DNA of 64,000 bases. Source: Podarcis muralis. Taxonomy: Eukaryota. How positions within the stretch are numbered: position 1 is the first letter of the stretch; each line of letters begins with the position of its first letter. The stretch is taken from the NCBI RefSeq assembly GCF_964188315.1, contig NC_135662.1:7440001-7504000 (forward strand). Direction: 5' to 3'. Below the pieces are notes generated by a model, which saw only the letters and a list, made by a program, of their open reading frames with translations, ran no database searches and had not been told where the DNA came from. Positions 61,210 to 64,000 of this stretch are shown in pieces. The position numbers and the translations under genes were made by a program.

Positions 61210-61791
61210 CTTGCTGGATCTCTACTTTTGAGCTACTCCTTGTATTGCTCTTCCTACCTGGAGAAAATAAACAAATGCGGAGTCAGTTTTGGCTTATAAG
61301 CCCAACCATATTAAACTGAGGCACTCAAACAATAATAAAAGAGACATGCTATAGTGGGAATTCATGACTGATAAACACTTTAGGAATATAGTTCTTTGGA
61401 ATGTTTGTCACAACTTAGCAGTTTCCAAGGCTTTGGAGGGAAATGGAGTTCGCCGATGTGTTGTGGATCTTTCCTCTGAGTAAAAAAAACTACATTCACA
61501 ACATCAGTAAGCATATCATTTTAGAACTCAAATTCTCTTCCTCTGCTCTCTGACTCAGCCTTAAGATCAGAAACTAATGTCTTGTGTCGTAGACATTGGT
61601 TGGGTTGTGGAGAATATATAATTGGTGGTACTGCTATTATTGTAATATGGAATGATTTGCTTTGATTTGTCATTAATTGGAAGATTTTCAATGAAAAAGA
61701 ATAAAAATTAGTTAAAATACAAAAAAGAACAAGAGAGATATAGTTAGAAGTGAAAAGCATCGTAACTGAGTGCAGTAGGTTTGAGTTGTGG

Positions 61792-61875
<84 letters not shown>

Positions 61876-62683
61876 AACCAACACACACAGAGAGACTGCA
61901 TGAGCTAGATTTGAGGAAAGTAATTTCCTCCCAAAAGCCACTGGTTGTTTCGTGCCATTCTGATAGTGAGTGTTCACTGTTTAGGCTGACATTCTGTTAG
62001 CTGTTGATGTCACTTTTAGAATGGGTGAGCTGCTTGCTGCCGGTGGGTTGGATAAGCGCATTAGCGCATTGTGCTGGGGCAATTAGTTTGTTCAAGTCCA
62101 AAATGAATCAGTTTAAGAGGAGGCCAGTTATTGACCACCCCCCTTAGGAGATGGGGTGTGGAAGGCAGAAGGAAGTAGAATATTCTGTGCTGATAAAAGT
62201 AGGGGGACAGGGCATTTTCAGAAATGAATGTAACTCCAAAGAAACAGCAGATGTTTCGTCAAGCTTCCAGCGAGATGTTCAGAGCTCCAGCCACTAATTT
62301 TTATCTGTTCTTCAGCAGCTTCTCAATATCACATGGTAAGATTTTCCCCCACCATTGGTTATCAATATGGCTTATGTAGGAGGAGAATCTTAACTTCTAA
62401 AGCTTCATGTCATACAAAGGAGTTCTTAAGGAAAGTGGGTAAGCAAGTTCTAGGCAGAAGGAACCAGGCAACCAGTGTACAAAAATATCCTTACTGATGA
62501 TGCCATGTTTTACCTTCCCATGTTCAAGCCAGTTAACAGCATTGTTGAGTACACAATAAATGATATGCATACAAGGGTGTATCAAACACAAGACACATCA
62601 TAATAAGAAAATAATTCATAAAACAAGCTCTTCATAAAGGCCAACTCTTCAGTTTCCCTTCATGACTTATGATGTGTCTTATG

Positions 62684-62718
<35 letters not shown>

Positions 62719-62982
62719 ACTATGGCTTCAGGATCAGTGGGAAGTGGAGGAGAGTTAGGTGGACTTACGACAAATAACCATTCAGACCTTCTGACATCAA
62801 TGCCCAATTCTATTCACGCATTTCCAGGATGTTTCCAAGCACAAATACCTCATTGTTGACATTTATTTTCTCCACTCTCCGAGCTTATGGAGTATGGCCC
62901 ATTGACAATTTTTAATTAGAAAAATGCTTGACTTTCGGTCAGAGAGCCCCACCACTGTCACTGCATAAGCTGGTATAGCAGA

Positions 62983-63025
<43 letters not shown>

Positions 63026-63366
63026 AAATAATAATAATAGCCAAGAACAAAGTAAAAGAACCACAAAGAACTGCCAGCATCACTCATCTGAGACCTCCAG
63101 TTATAGGACAGTATATGAATTCAAAAAATAATATTAATATATAATTCTGCCATTGAAAATAATGGAAAGAGGGTTTACCTCTATGTCTCCCCAGAGATAT
63201 ACAATCTGTGGATATTAACAAGTAGACTTATAGTAATAAGTTACTGAGTTCAGAGTAGAACAATTACCTGTCACGGTCCAGTTCATGGGCGGTCGAAGTC
63301 CTGGCAGAGGAAAAAAATAAATGCTCAATCTGAATAAGGCTGCAATCTAGCCAGAACAAGAGACGG

Positions 63367-63458
<92 letters not shown>

Positions 63459-63601
63459 CTACATCATGTCCCCTTCCACCTGGTTATTAGTGGTGATATA
63501 GTTTTGGATACAGGAACCTAAACATGGGAAGTATCAACTTGATATTACTCCACATGAGACTTAAATATGTGATATAGAAGACTCTGTATGAGAATGGTGT
63601 A

Positions 63602-63843
63602 CAGTGGATGCTTGGGTTGCGAACGTGATCCGTGCGGGATGCACGTTCGCAACCCGCAGCATTCGCAACCTGCAGTAGTGCACCTTCGCATGCGTGGGTT
63701 GTGATTCGGTTCTTCTGCGCATGCGCAAAGAACAATTTAGTGCTTCTGCGCACACGCAACCGCCGAAACCGAGAAGTAACCCATTCCAGTACTTCCGGGT
63801 TTTGGCACGTCCGTAACCTGAAAAAACACAACCGGAAAAATGC
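63602..63843. mobile_element. Tc1/mariner-type MITE lacking its right TIR
   Basis: Starts ta|cagtggatgc, inserted at the TA of gagaatggtgta. The right end and about 25 bp of flank are missing relative to paralogous blocks (for example 47995-48045). Confidence 0.65.
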
Positions 63844-64000
63844 AATGCCAGGCCCTTGTTATCTGCCACCAGAGCTATCTTGCTTGAGCTTCTGCAGAAG
63901 ATAGTTGGGTGTTGCCTGTGAGAGGAGACACTTATAAAAGCATCAAAACCAAAACTGATATTATGGGGAAAGTAACTATATATGTAATGATGATAGACAA

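Overview
Squamate (probably lacertid lizard) genomic DNA, inferred from Sauria SINEs, a Squam3-like SINE and L2/CR1/RTE/Rex1/L1 fragments. The window holds a tandem cluster of MAS/MRGPR-like class A GPCR genes, all on the minus strand. Four are intact with a single coding exon (26134-27123, 36001-36996, 45120-46127, 50380-51384). Two need spliced N-terminal mini-exons: one is a predicted 3-exon gene at 4077-7644, and the other is a 2-exon gene at 15580-16764 with a long N-terminus and an in-frame TM1-TM2 deletion. One gene (59207-61209) is split by a 993-bp LINE with an 11-bp TSD, and one is a truncated pseudogene (about 21470-21938). There is also a duplicated unit that lost its coding exon (about 41710-43212) and the first mini-exon of a paralogue lying left of the window. 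The intergenic DNA is a mosaic of paralogous blocks, TEs, microsatellites and three assembly gaps. All gene structures are inferred by hand from splice signals, reading frame and paralogue comparison; none has transcript support.
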